41,292 nucleotides of DNA from a virus, in UHGV virus genome UHGV-1356875; one strand, 5' to 3'. Below are positions 26,918 to 35,775 of this stretch, one piece after another. The first letter of the stretch is position 1, and every line of letters begins with the position of its first letter. The notes beneath the pieces were generated by a model. That model did not search any database. It was not told the DNA's origin and saw only the letters and a program-made list of their open reading frames with translations. Made by a program: the position numbers and the translations under genes.

Positions 26918-28675
26918 TTATAAAAATAGCGGCATTAAAGTTTCTGTATCCCATTCATGTTCACAAGCCATTACATAAGCAAATATGGTCGACATGAGTG
27001 GATCTATCTTTTCTCTGTTCATTTTCTTTTCTATCATGATTGAATCGTTGGTATTTTTAGCCACTGCATTTTTAATCGCTATATCAAGTAATGGGTTTTT
27101 ATGATGTTTAATATCGCCATTAATCACATTCAATCTAAAATCTAAGTTTGGATTAGATAGTGTTTGTGGCCCTTGTCTAATTTCGTATAAATCGTAATAC
27201 CATTCTCGACGTTCCATTTCTGCCAACACTCCATGAATCGAATATGGATCGTAACAAATAGCTTGAACATCTAAGTTATAGCGATTGATGTAATCTTGAA
27301 TATAGTCTAGGACTTGGTCCGTATTGATAATGCCACTAGATAAGTCTGTAATCGTACAGTAGCCATCATTTGCTAACTGTCGATAGTCTATAAGGTCACG
27401 TTCAATCTTGCCTTGTAAGCCACCCTTAGTACCTACAAACGAATGTGACGTTATATAGTATTGTCGGTTCGTTTCGTCTAGGTGGATGAACGATACGGCT
27501 GTTAAATCGTCGGCACGTGACAAGTCAAGACCGATGTAGACTTTTGAGTCGGTAATATCAAAGTCAGTTTCATTCTTTTTCCAGTCGTTAAAGTCGAGAT
27601 ACGATTCTTCACTCGCTTGCATCCAGTAGTTAAAGTTCTTAACTAACACACGAAACATCGAACCCTTTTTAGTAGCTTCTGCTACACGTTTTTCCAGGAA
27701 ATCTTCAATCTGTTCTTTAAGCTCATCTGTCTCATTTATTAATGGATTAGATTTGGCCCACATTGATCTTTCTTGCCATTCTTCTTCACCATCTTGTTCG
27801 AATATGACTGCAAAATATTCGTCATCTTGATAAACTTCCGCCAATATATCCTTTGCGTAAGGCCATTCATCTGTATACATAGGCGCATTCAAGTTAAAAC
27901 CAGCAGTAGAGATAATGAATATTAATGATTGCATTAAGTTACCTTGACCAGATTGGATAAGTTCTAGCATTTCATTCGTTTTAGCCGCGTGATACTCATC
28001 GACTACCGCTAAAAAAGGTTCGAAACCATCAACCGCTCCAGTATCACGAGATAAAGGGCGAATATACGAGCCATCTTTTGTATGCGTAAGTAATTCACGT
28101 ACCTTTTTAACGTCTTTTTTGAGTTCTGGTACTTTAGATACGAAATACATCAACTGTTTCGCTACCATATTAAATACGATACTTGCTTGAGATTTGTCAT
28201 TGGCTGCAGTAAACATTTGTCGACCTTCTTTAGGCTCTTTATCAAATAAGAAAGCATATAATACTAAGCCACTTACTAGAATGGACTTACCTTGTTTACG
28301 TGCCATAGATATAAAAGCTTTTTTAAATCTCAACATATCCGTATCTTTCGTAAACCAACCTCTTACACTAGCAATAATGAACTTTTGGAATAATCCTAGT
28401 TTGTTAATATTACCTTTTGTATCAGGTAACGCCTCAATGAATTTAATAACCTTTTTAGCACGTTTAGGTTTATAAACATAATTCCATTCAGAATTATCTT
28501 TCGACCTATGTATGTCTTTTAAATGACGAATACAGGCAAGTCTAGTATCCTTACATGTAATGTATGCACCAGATAGAACCATAACACAATATTTATAGGC
28601 ATCGTCTTTAAATTCATTCGGTATATTCAACAATTTTTCGTACGCTTTAGGTATCTTTACATTAGTCATCGTCAT
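26918..28675 (-). CDS. terL: Terminase large subunit. Likely start MTMTNVKIP (ATGACGATGACT overlapping the terS end).
   Basis: Length about 585 aa. Coupled to TerS. The ORF-track N-terminal extension overlaps terS by 88 nt. Confidence 0.75.
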   Translation of the reverse strand: MTMTNVKIPKAYEKLLNIPNEFKDDAYKYCVMVLSGAYITCKDTRLACIRHLKDIHRSKDNSEWNYVYKPKRAKKVIKFIEALPDTKGNINKLGLFQKFIIASVRGWFTKDTDMLRFKKAFISMARKQGKSILVSGLVLYAFLFDKEPKEGRQMFTAANDKSQASIVFNMVAKQLMYFVSKVPELKKDVKKVRELLTHTKDGSYIRPLSRDTGAVDGFEPFLAVVDEYHAAKTNEMLELIQSGQGNLMQSLIFIISTAGFNLNAPMYTDEWPYAKDILAEVYQDDEYFAVIFEQDGEEEWQERSMWAKSNPLINETDELKEQIEDFLEKRVAEATKKGSMFRVLVKNFNYWMQASEESYLDFNDWKKNETDFDITDSKVYIGLDLSRADDLTAVSFIHLDETNRQYYITSHSFVGTKGGLQGKIERDLIDYRQLANDGYCTITDLSSGIINTDQVLDYIQDYINRYNLDVQAICYDPYSIHGVLAEMERREWYYDLYEIRQGPQTLSNPNLDFRLNVINGDIKHHKNPLLDIAIKNAVAKNTNDSIMIEKKMNREKIDPLMSTIFAYVMACEHEWDTETLMPLFL

Positions 28676-29219
28676 CAACACCAAATTCATCGTACACAGA
28701 TTGTTTAACTTCGCTTTCAGTCGGTACAACCAATCGCATACGTGAATCAATAGTCATTCCTAATTGGCCACAAATAGAACGTAACTCTTTCAACGATTCC
28801 ATATACGCCATGAAAGCGCCAGTTTTACGATTAGTTTCTGGGTCAACCATACCTTCAATGCCATCTTTCTGACTTATTGAGCGATATAAAGTATCATTTT
28901 GATCTAATACTTCGCAGTATTTCTTGATAAGCGAGTAATCTAAATCAGCTATCGGTAATTGTTCGAGTAATGGTACAATTCTCAACCATTCTTTAGCAGC
29001 ATTTTCGGTTAAACCGTCGGGTACAGAATCGACATTAATCTTTTCAAACTTTTGTAAGCCGTTTTCTTTATACTCAGATTGCTCTAATTCTTCTTTAGTT
29101 CTATGCCCTTGTTTTGTAGCGTTTAATTTAGGTTTTCTACCTGCCATATCAGCACCTCCTTGCTTATTTTGGCGTGAAACATTCTGTGAAACATTTACAT
29201 TTTGGGAATTTGGTCGCAA
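28662..29219 (-). CDS. terS: Terminase small subunit, P27 family
   Basis: N-terminus MAGRKPKLNATKQGHRTKEELEQSE typical of P27-family TerS. Follows the HNH gene. Confidence 0.7.
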   Translation of the reverse strand: MRPNSQNVNVSQNVSRQNKQGGADMAGRKPKLNATKQGHRTKEELEQSEYKENGLQKFEKINVDSVPDGLTENAAKEWLRIVPLLEQLPIADLDYSLIKKYCEVLDQNDTLYRSISQKDGIEGMVDPETNRKTGAFMAYMESLKELRSICGQLGMTIDSRMRLVVPTESEVKQSVYDEFGVDDDD

Positions 29220-29225
29220 AAAAGG

Positions 29226-29290
29226 CCGGCTCGTTTAACTCGAATCCTAGAGCCACAGGGGGTTTATATCGCCCCGTTAATTTTATAAAG
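29226..29290. other. Candidate cos site: a GC-rich island (AAAAAGGCCGGCTCG....CACAGGGGGTTTATATCGCCCCGTT) between hnh and terS
   Basis: The only strongly GC-rich segment in an AT-rich genome. Placed as in cos-type HNH phages. Confidence 0.35.
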
Positions 29291-29306
29291 AATTATTTCC
29301 TGAAAA

Positions 29307-29657
29307 TTAATTTTTGTGAATTTTATTGTGACACCCGATACACACTGCCTCTAAATTATCCATATCCAGTCTTTTCGACCAGTCCCGTTTCAATTCAATC
29401 TTATGGTGAACAATCAAATCTTTGTCATTCACTATTCCTTTACTTAAACAATGTTGACACAAGTAGTTATCACGTAACAATACTTGTTTACGCAACTTAC
29501 GCCACTGTGTGCTTTGGTAGAACGCTGTATACTCCCTATTGTGCCTATTGTGTCTAACCTCTTGGTTATACCTTTGTGTATTGGCTTTCCTATAGTCTTG
29601 TAGCTCGCTTTGACTATAAGTTCTGTTTCCTAATCTAACTTTTGGTTCTTTAAACAA
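29307..29657 (-). CDS. HNH endonuclease (packaging-associated)
   Basis: CQHC...HHKIELKRD...CIGCHNKIH zinc-finger HNH motif. Confidence 0.8.
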   Translation of the reverse strand: MFKEPKVRLGNRTYSQSELQDYRKANTQRYNQEVRHNRHNREYTAFYQSTQWRKLRKQVLLRDNYLCQHCLSKGIVNDKDLIVHHKIELKRDWSKRLDMDNLEAVCIGCHNKIHKN

Positions 29658-29954
29658 ATTTTCTTTTCAACTTCTTTCAATGAATTGAATTTCAATTACT
29701 AAAATAAAAAGACAAAACGAAATAAGATTTATAATCTCAAATCATTTTGTCTTTAACTTTAGAAAATGTTTTATCAATCAAATAGAAATTAATCTCACAA
29801 AGATTATGATTAAGAAAACATTTCTTTTAACATTCAATTGTTAAACAACAAATAATATTAACAACAAACAAACTTTAATTTTTATTTATTATTTAATGTT
29901 TCTATTAATCTCTTAAACTAATGAAACCTTTTGATATATAAATGATTGTTTATT

Positions 29955-30065
29955 GTTATGTATGTCACACACTAAAGTGATGACCTAAAAGTATGTGACC
30001 TTAAATAGTAACACCTTCAAACCCCACCTTAAATAAGTAGTGTCCTTTAATATGTGTGTCCTTAT
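29955..30065. repeat. Array of about 7 direct repeats (TATGTCAC / GTGATGACC / TATGTGACC / TAACACC / CCCACC / TAGTGTCC / TGTGTGTCC) with about 15-bp periodicity
   Basis: Read directly in the 590-bp noncoding stretch between the late activator gene and hnh. Confidence 0.5.
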
Positions 30066-30251
30066 TCTGTGGGTAGTTAAGATAGGTGCATACAAAAAGA
30101 CACGCTACAAAAGTAACGTGCCTCAAGAATATAGTGTTGGATTACATACCTACTGAATAACAACTCCACTTCTAAAGGTGCTATCCAGTTTTCCTTATGC
30201 TACTATAATACCCTATTGACAACCCGCAATTCACTATACACCCAATTGCGA

Positions 30252-30698
30252 TTAGTCGAAGTATATCCATCCAATCCTTTTTGCTACATCTCTCATTATT
30301 TGATTACGCATTCTAATAGCCGAATGTTGACTAATCATCTTGTCATCTTCTCTACGCTTAGTTAACTCGTGAGCGATATCTTCCCACTCATATATTAATA
30401 AGTCTTTTTCCCAATACCTGTATTCAATAATAGCTTTCTGTTCAGGTGTCGCATTTCTATACACATCTTCAACCGCTGTGATAGTTGCCTGCAAGTTACG
30501 ATATTTATCATCTTTATGTAGCTCGATTATTTCATTTTCTACAGGGCTACTTGGAAGATTAGATTTCCCGCCACCAGTATTTGTATCTTGAGGCTGATAT
30601 AATAATTCATAGCGTCTGTATAATAACTGTCCTTTCATATCTTCATAATTACGAAAGAACTGTTCTAACTTTGGTATATCCTCTTTACCTAACTTCAT
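30252..30698 (-). CDS. Late-gene transcriptional activator (ArpU/RinA/LtrC superfamily). Start taken at MKLGKEDIPKLEQF.
   Basis: Position immediately upstream of the packaging module. SD GGAGG 7 nt before the internal ATG. The ORF-track TTG start overlaps the previous small ORF. Confidence 0.5.
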   Translation of the reverse strand: MKLGKEDIPKLEQFFRNYEDMKGQLLYRRYELLYQPQDTNTGGGKSNLPSSPVENEIIELHKDDKYRNLQATITAVEDVYRNATPEQKAIIEYRYWEKDLLIYEWEDIAHELTKRREDDKMISQHSAIRMRNQIMRDVAKRIGWIYFD

Positions 30699-30717
30699 AA
30701 GAAACCTCCGATACTTA

Positions 30718-30864
30718 CTTTTTGTTATCTTCAAAATACTTAATTTGACGACTTAATAATTCATTATAGTATTTATATTCACTTACTTTGACTCTCAGTT
30801 CACTTTGAACACATAATGATATTAAGAGTGCAATAGCCAATATAATTGAAAGAATAATCCACAT
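30718..30864 (-). CDS. Small membrane protein, 49 aa (MWIILSIILAIALLISLCVQSELRVKVSEYKYYNELLSRQIKYFEDNKK)
   Basis: TAATG overlap with the RinB-like stop. SD GAGGTGA. Confidence 0.35.
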
Positions 30865-31031
30865 TAACAATTCACCTCGTTTATATCTTGCTTATCAGTA
30901 TTAATTGCATAATCACTCGGCACTTCCACCTCATCATTTGCAGTTAACTTATAATACAACTCTCTACCAATCCATTTACCTAACTCGTACATCGCGATAG
31001 TAAACCAAATCTTTAATATGCGCTTAATCAT
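30861..31031 (-). CDS. rinB: RinB-like small protein (MIKRILKIWFTIAMYELGKWIGRELYYKLTANDEVEVPSDYAINTDKQDINEVNC)
   Basis: Resembles phi11 RinB (MIKQILRLLFLLAMYELGKYV...TANDDVEAPSDF), quoted from memory. Overlaps its neighbours in operon style. Confidence 0.45.
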
Positions 31032-31293
31032 TCTGTTCACTCGCTTTCTTCTTAGCTTCTTCCTTATCCTCTGCCTCTACCAACGTCATACGTTCATTCT
31101 CTTTACATTGTTCTTCCATTCTCTTATTAGCCATAGCTTCAAATTCACGGTATTCTCTGTAGACTCTTTTCTTATATTGTTCAAAGTCTTTTTTGTTCTC
31201 GTTATACATCGCTAAAAATACATTAAATACTAATACATACATCGTAGTAAATACACCAATGGCTAGTAATCCTAACAATACTAAACCATTCAC
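31024..31293 (-). CDS. Membrane-anchored coiled-coil protein
   Basis: N-terminal TM then a charged helix. Confidence 0.35.
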   Translation of the reverse strand: MNGLVLLGLLAIGVFTTMYVLVFNVFLAMYNENKKDFEQYKKRVYREYREFEAMANKRMEEQCKENERMTLVEAEDKEEAKKKASEQND

Positions 31294-31365
31294 TTCCCCA
31301 GCACCTCTTTCACTTTAGTTAGAATATCTTTATTTTTAACCGTATCGATTTCGACACGTTTAGAA

Positions 31366-31914
31366 TCAGTATCCTGTTGATCCAAACCCGTCTGTCCCTC
31401 TCTCTGACACATAACTAAACTCCTCTACTTCTTTTAACTCTGGTGTCCAAATAGGTACGATAACGAGTTGTGCAAGTTTGTCGCCTTTTTTAATTTTGTA
31501 TTTTCGCCCTGCTGCAGCTTCGAACGGATTGTTATTCTCGATTTTTTTACCTCCAATATCATACATCAACGTATCGTAACCTTTTTCCAATTCATTGTTG
31601 TTCATTTCATCTTTCCAATGTAAACGCTGTTCATCATTCTTAATATTGATTTTCATATTACCTTGATAGCCGGCGTCTATCTTGCCTGTTTCAATCACTA
31701 AATGCGTTTTACTACTTACACCACTTCTTGATGTTAATAGCCCTACATATCCTTCTGGAATGTTCACAGCGATGTCTGTTCTAATCGTTGCCTTCTCTTG
31801 TGGCTCAAGTATTACTGTTTCTGCTGAATAGATGTCGTAACCAGCATCTAATCTATCTCTCTTCGGCATAGTCGCGTTTTCTGATAATAATTTAATTTCT
31901 AATTCCTTACTCAT
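31366..31914 (-). CDS. dut: Trimeric dUTPase with a ~55-aa insertion between motifs III and IV
   Basis: Motifs AGYDIY, SRSG, GKIDAGYQG and RGTDGFGSTG. The insert recalls the staphylococcal phage Dut extra domain. Confidence 0.8.
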   Translation of the reverse strand: MSKELEIKLLSENATMPKRDRLDAGYDIYSAETVILEPQEKATIRTDIAVNIPEGYVGLLTSRSGVSSKTHLVIETGKIDAGYQGNMKINIKNDEQRLHWKDEMNNNELEKGYDTLMYDIGGKKIENNNPFEAAAGRKYKIKKGDKLAQLVIVPIWTPELKEVEEFSYVSERGTDGFGSTGY

Positions 31915-32033
31915 TTACTCGTCCTCCATTTTCTACTAAATTCTTTGAATTACTTTCCACTATCTTGTCGTACAACTCCACCTTGCGATATACTTCGTTA
32001 AGCTCTTTGAATTGTTTCTTCTCTGTATACAAT

Positions 32034-32441
32034 TCACTCCACTTCCTCTACATTCATGATTATTTTTGCTTCTTCTGCATATTGCTTAAAGCTTTCAATG
32101 TGTGCAATTTGGTTATCATCTTTCCATAGATGATCGTTAGCAGCGTCTAATACTGTTTTAATCAAATTATCTATATCTGGTTTCGTACGTTTATATTGAC
32201 CTATCGATATTAACTTTTGTTTCTTCGACCAACTTTTAGGTGGCTCAAAATAAAAGTACAACGACACTTTCAGTTTCTTATCTGTTAATAGTTTTGGTAT
32301 TTGTTCCTGTATATAAGTCTTGTGCTTTGTGTAAGACGTTGGCATGTATGTTTGAACATATCTACCTACTTTTTTAAAACGTGGACGTGGTGACCCGATA
32401 GGCGCCTTATACGTCTCGTTAAATTTAATTTCTATTTCCAT
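32034..32441 (-). CDS. rusA: RusA-like Holliday junction resolvase
   Basis: APIGSPRPRF...KPDIDNLIKTVLDA pattern. Confidence 0.6.
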   Translation of the reverse strand: MEIEIKFNETYKAPIGSPRPRFKKVGRYVQTYMPTSYTKHKTYIQEQIPKLLTDKKLKVSLYFYFEPPKSWSKKQKLISIGQYKRTKPDIDNLIKTVLDAANDHLWKDDNQIAHIESFKQYAEEAKIIMNVEEVE

Positions 32442-32450
32442 GTGCCACCT

Positions 32451-32678
32451 CTATAAGAATTCAAATAAGTCTGCTTGCAATCCTAGTTCTTGCTCATATT
32501 TAAGGTCATGCACGCCTTTAAAGTGTTTTAGCTCTCTATCTGTCATAATTTTCTTTTCGTCGCTAAAATGAACGCCTGTGAGCGAATAAACCTCCTTCGT
32601 GTTATCTTCGTATTTGACGACTTTAATATCTTCTGTGCCATCAACTCTATATAGGTAATATATTTCGATAAGTCCCAT
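32451..32678 (-). CDS. Hypothetical protein
   Basis: ORF in the early operon. Confidence 0.3.
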   Translation of the reverse strand: MGLIEIYYLYRVDGTEDIKVVKYEDNTKEVYSLTGVHFSDEKKIMTDRELKHFKGVHDLKYEQELGLQADLFEFL

Positions 32679-32696
32679 CTTTATCCCTCCAATAAC

Positions 32697-33662
32697 TTAT
32701 TCCGACCAATCTTGTTCAAGCTGCTTCATAAATGCTAGTCGCTCTTTTTCAAACTCAGGATCATCATCAACCGTTTCTTTTTCTTGATTACGATTCTTCA
32801 ACCATTCTGGTGTCTTTTCTCTCGATCGCGTTACTTTAGGTTGATAGGACTGTTCTTTTTGTTCCTGTCTTTGTTGTTCGTATTGTTCAACTGCTTTTAT
32901 GGTTGTTAAGTTACGCTTACGCCAATCTTTGAGTAAGTAGTCTATGAATTTGTAATTATGAGAATTATTCAGTGCAGCTTTTCTTATTGCATACGCTACT
33001 AATTCTTTTCCATAATGATTCATATCTTGAGTTAATTTTTCAGTTGTAATCGGACTTGGTATCTGTTCGATGTTTTCTTGATACAGGTTGTAAATCGTAG
33101 CGAAGTCGTCGCCTACAACAACATTCTTCTCATTCTTTACATTTTTATCATTCTTCTCATTCTTTACATTCTTGTGTATAGTATTGGGTAGTCGTTGCTT
33201 TCGTTCAGCTTTCGTAGTTGTCTTCGTAACGTCTTCATAGTTGCTTACACCGTTGTCTTCGTAATTTTTCGGGTCTTGATAAACGTTGTAGTTAAGCACT
33301 TTTACGACCATTCCCCTTGTTGTCTTCGTCGTTGCTATCATAGTTGTATTCGCGTCGTTTTCGTAATCGTCTTCATAGTTGCTTTCATTTACGCTTCGTA
33401 GCCACTCAATAATGTTGTAAATTTGGTCTTTTGTTGGCTTAACTTTTCTGAATCCAACCTTATGGCTGCAAGCTTCTTGAATCTCTGGAATACTGATTAA
33501 TAACTCTCCACGACTAAATTTTTGATTCGCTTTGTGCCTTGCCTTTGTAAGAATGTAAATCCAAACTTTTAAATACATGGGAGGCTTATCCCATATTTCG
33601 CTTTCTATAAGCCTCCGAGATAATAGAATATAGCCCCCCGGAATATAAGTTTTTTCCGGCAT
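32697..33662 (-). CDS. Phage replisome organizer (N-terminal Phage_rep_org_N, DnaD-like C-terminus). Contains internal iterons and so the putative ori.
   Basis: N-terminus IPGGYILLSRRLIESEIWDKPPMYLKVWIYIL. Internal DNA tandem repeats. Confidence 0.65.
   Translation of the reverse strand: MPEKTYIPGGYILLSRRLIESEIWDKPPMYLKVWIYILTKARHKANQKFSRGELLISIPEIQEACSHKVGFRKVKPTKDQIYNIIEWLRSVNESNYEDDYENDANTTMIATTKTTRGMVVKVLNYNVYQDPKNYEDNGVSNYEDVTKTTTKAERKQRLPNTIHKNVKNEKNDKNVKNEKNVVVGDDFATIYNLYQENIEQIPSPITTEKLTQDMNHYGKELVAYAIRKAALNNSHNYKFIDYLLKDWRKRNLTTIKAVEQYEQQRQEQKEQSYQPKVTRSREKTPEWLKNRNQEKETVDDDPEFEKERLAFMKQLEQDWSE
33115..33400. repeat. Iteron cluster inside the rep gene: tandem 27-bp CATTCTTCTCATTCTTTACATT(T/C)TT x2 (33121-33180) plus dispersed GTCTTCATAGTTGCT / GTCTTCGTAAT copies
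   Basis: Direct repeats read in the sequence. They encode repeats such as KNVKNEKN and SNYED. Confidence 0.55.
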
Positions 33663-33684
33663 TTATTTCCACTCCCTCACTCCT

Positions 33685-34152
33685 TTAAAATGGTAAATCA
33701 TCATCACTGATATCAATCGGTCCATTAGCATTTGCGAAAGGATTTTGTCCTTGTGGTTTAGTATTTTGGCCACGTTGTGTTTGTGATTGAGTTAGTTGCT
33801 GGTAAGCGTCTTGTTGGCCACCTTGTTGTGCGTTTTTAGGTTCAAGAAATTGAACGCTATCTGCAACTACTTCAGTCACAAATATTCGACGACCTTCTTG
33901 ATTTTCATAACTGCATGATTGAATTCGACCATCAACGCCTGCTAATTTTCCTTTCGATAAATAGTTGTTAACATTGTGTGCTTGTTTTCTAAATACGATA
34001 ATATTGATAAAATCTGCTTCACGTTCACCCTGTGCGTTTGTGAAATTACGATTAACTGCTAGTGTGAAAGTTGCAACATCAATTCCACTTTGAGTTGTTC
34101 TAAATTCAGGATCTTTAGTTAAACGACCTACTAATACGACTCTGTTAATCAT
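33685..34152 (-). CDS. ssb: Single-stranded DNA-binding protein
   Basis: OB-fold N-terminus, Gly/Gln-rich linker and a C-terminal DDDLPF tail. Confidence 0.9.
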   Translation of the reverse strand: MINRVVLVGRLTKDPEFRTTQSGIDVATFTLAVNRNFTNAQGEREADFINIIVFRKQAHNVNNYLSKGKLAGVDGRIQSCSYENQEGRRIFVTEVVADSVQFLEPKNAQQGGQQDAYQQLTQSQTQRGQNTKPQGQNPFANANGPIDISDDDLPF

Positions 34153-34854
34153 TTATTGTCCTCCTACATAAACAGGAACGCCTGTAACTTCCTGAATACT
34201 TTGTTTTATATGGGTAGCGTTTGCGTTATTACTACTTAAATGAATTAAGTGAATTTCTTCTAGTTTTGATAAATCATTTGCTTCTAACATTCCAATTGCA
34301 TGTTCTAAGCTAAAATGAGACTCCATAATACGATTGGCCAATACGTTATGAATTACTTCATCTTTAATGTTTTGCTGCATCTGTTCGTAGATGTAATTCA
34401 CTTCTAACATCATGTGTGTAACGCCTTTAAACTTATATTTGAGATATTTTGTATCTGTGATATACAAAACTTTGTAACCGTGAACGCTTTTGAGTAAAAA
34501 GCCAACTGGTTCATTAGCGTCATGTTCAATATCAAATGGCAGTATCGACCATGTACCGATTCTTAGTTCTTGTTTTGCTTTGATTGTGCATATTCTATGA
34601 CTTTCTGTAGGAATTGCTTGTTGAGTGCCTATAGTCATATGACAATTAATACCTTCGTTGACATATTGTTTTATATACTTAGCGTGGTCACCATGTTCGT
34701 GAGTGATTAAACAACCTTTAATTTTTCTTGTTCGACCTTTGAAGTGTTTTTGAACCTTTTCAAATTTGATGCCAGCTTCAATAAGAAGTGAGGTACTGCC
34801 ATCATTAATGTGATAGCAGTTACCATTTGATCCTGTTGCTAATGTTTCAATTAA
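34153..34854 (-). CDS. MBL-fold metallo-hydrolase. The ORF-track Met truncates it. The frame runs on upstream through THEHGDH to ~34854, where only ATT codons are available as starts.
   Basis: Upstream in-frame translation ILIETLATGSNGNCYHINDGSTSLLIEAGIKFEKVQKHFKGRTRKIKGCLITHEHGDHAKYIKQYVNEGINCH holds the HxHxDH metal motif. A TGA stop lies just upstream. Confidence 0.6.
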   Translation of the reverse strand, partial: LIETLATGSNGNCYHINDGSTSLLIEAGIKFEKVQKHFKGRTRKIKGCLITHEHGDHAKYIKQYVNEGINCHMTIGTQQAIPTESHRICTIKAKQELRIGTWSILPFDIEHDANEPVGFLLKSVHGYKVLYITDTKYLKYKFKGVTHMMLEVNYIYEQMQQNIKDEVIHNVLANRIMESHFSLEHAIGMLEANDLSKLEEIHLIHLSSNNANATHIKQSIQEVTGVPVYVGGQ

Positions 34855-35774
34855 AATGGCTCTTTCTCACTTTCTTGCTTAGGTGCTTCTTGCAATACTT
34901 CTTCAAAGTTACTTACATCAGCTGGTTCAGATTCTTCTACTTCTTTAAATTGAGCATCTTCATATTGTTGTGGTTGTTCAAAATCAAGTTCTTCTTTATT
35001 TGCTTGTTCTTCCACTTCTGCATCTAGGACATCTTTACGTTGACGTTGTTCAGATTCTTGTGCATATTTGAAAAGATTGCTATCTGTTGATGTGTTGATA
35101 TAACGTTTAGCAGCTCTATTGATAACTGTTTTTTTAGCCATTTCTTCTTTGAAGTTATTATGTGTTTTAGAATTTTGTAATGCTTTTTCATCTTTAATCA
35201 TTGATGACTGCATCCATGCTTGTTTAATTTGTTCAATAGTCATGACTTCAATATAGTTATCTCGTCCATCATTAAATACGATTGTGCAGTAAGCACCGAT
35301 AATGTTTTCTTTGTCGATGTTAAAGAATTCCTGTTCGTGTTTAATCGCTTTGATACGTCCTGTTTCTCCCATTTCTTGCTTGAATGTATCGCCTTTATAA
35401 ATCACTTGAGCAACAACATCTTGAGCACCTGCATCACGTTTTAACATCATTACATTACCGTGATAGCTACGTTGTAACTGCATTTTGTTGCCGTAAGGAA
35501 TAAAGTAGCATTGATTTTTAGCTGGATTTAAACCTTGCGTTACCATGTCTAATAAGGCATTTGCTTTGCTTGTATCGTTACAACTCATTAATTTGTTATC
35601 TTGGCTGATTTGTAACCATGCTTGTTTCATGGCATTACTTGGTGAATAATCATTTGGCAATTCCAAATTGCCTTGTGACTCTAAAACTCTCACTTTGTTT
35701 AATACGTTGTCAGATACGTTCTTTTCTTGTACTAATTGTTGTTCAATAGTTTGTAATTTATTATTTTCAGTCAT
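34851..35774 (-). CDS. recT: RecT-family single-strand annealing protein
   Basis: CYFIPYGNK, YHGNVMMLKR, EVMTIEQIKQ and EEMAKKTVINRAAKRY parallel E. coli RecT (..LLPFGNK..GYRGMIDLARR..EVMTRKQIE..EEMAKKTAIRRL). Confidence 0.7.
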   Translation of the reverse strand: MTENNKLQTIEQQLVQEKNVSDNVLNKVRVLESQGNLELPNDYSPSNAMKQAWLQISQDNKLMSCNDTSKANALLDMVTQGLNPAKNQCYFIPYGNKMQLQRSYHGNVMMLKRDAGAQDVVAQVIYKGDTFKQEMGETGRIKAIKHEQEFFNIDKENIIGAYCTIVFNDGRDNYIEVMTIEQIKQAWMQSSMIKDEKALQNSKTHNNFKEEMAKKTVINRAAKRYINTSTDSNLFKYAQESEQRQRKDVLDAEVEEQANKEELDFEQPQQYEDAQFKEVEESEPADVSNFEEVLQEAPKQESEKEPF

Positions 35775-35775
35775 T

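Noticed and set aside
28194-28475. 93-aa + strand ORF, plus other small opposite-strand ORFs inside structural genes (21602-21988, 22161-22349, 22995-23177, 23956-24690, 33195-33401, 35220-35444, 36395-36679, 37187-37414)
   Set aside because: All lie antisense within well-supported - strand genes and lack SD sequences.
31915-32033. Possible 41-aa TTG-initiated ORF between rusA and dut
   Set aside because: Weak start, no recognisable features, and the region also serves as the dut SD. Not supported.
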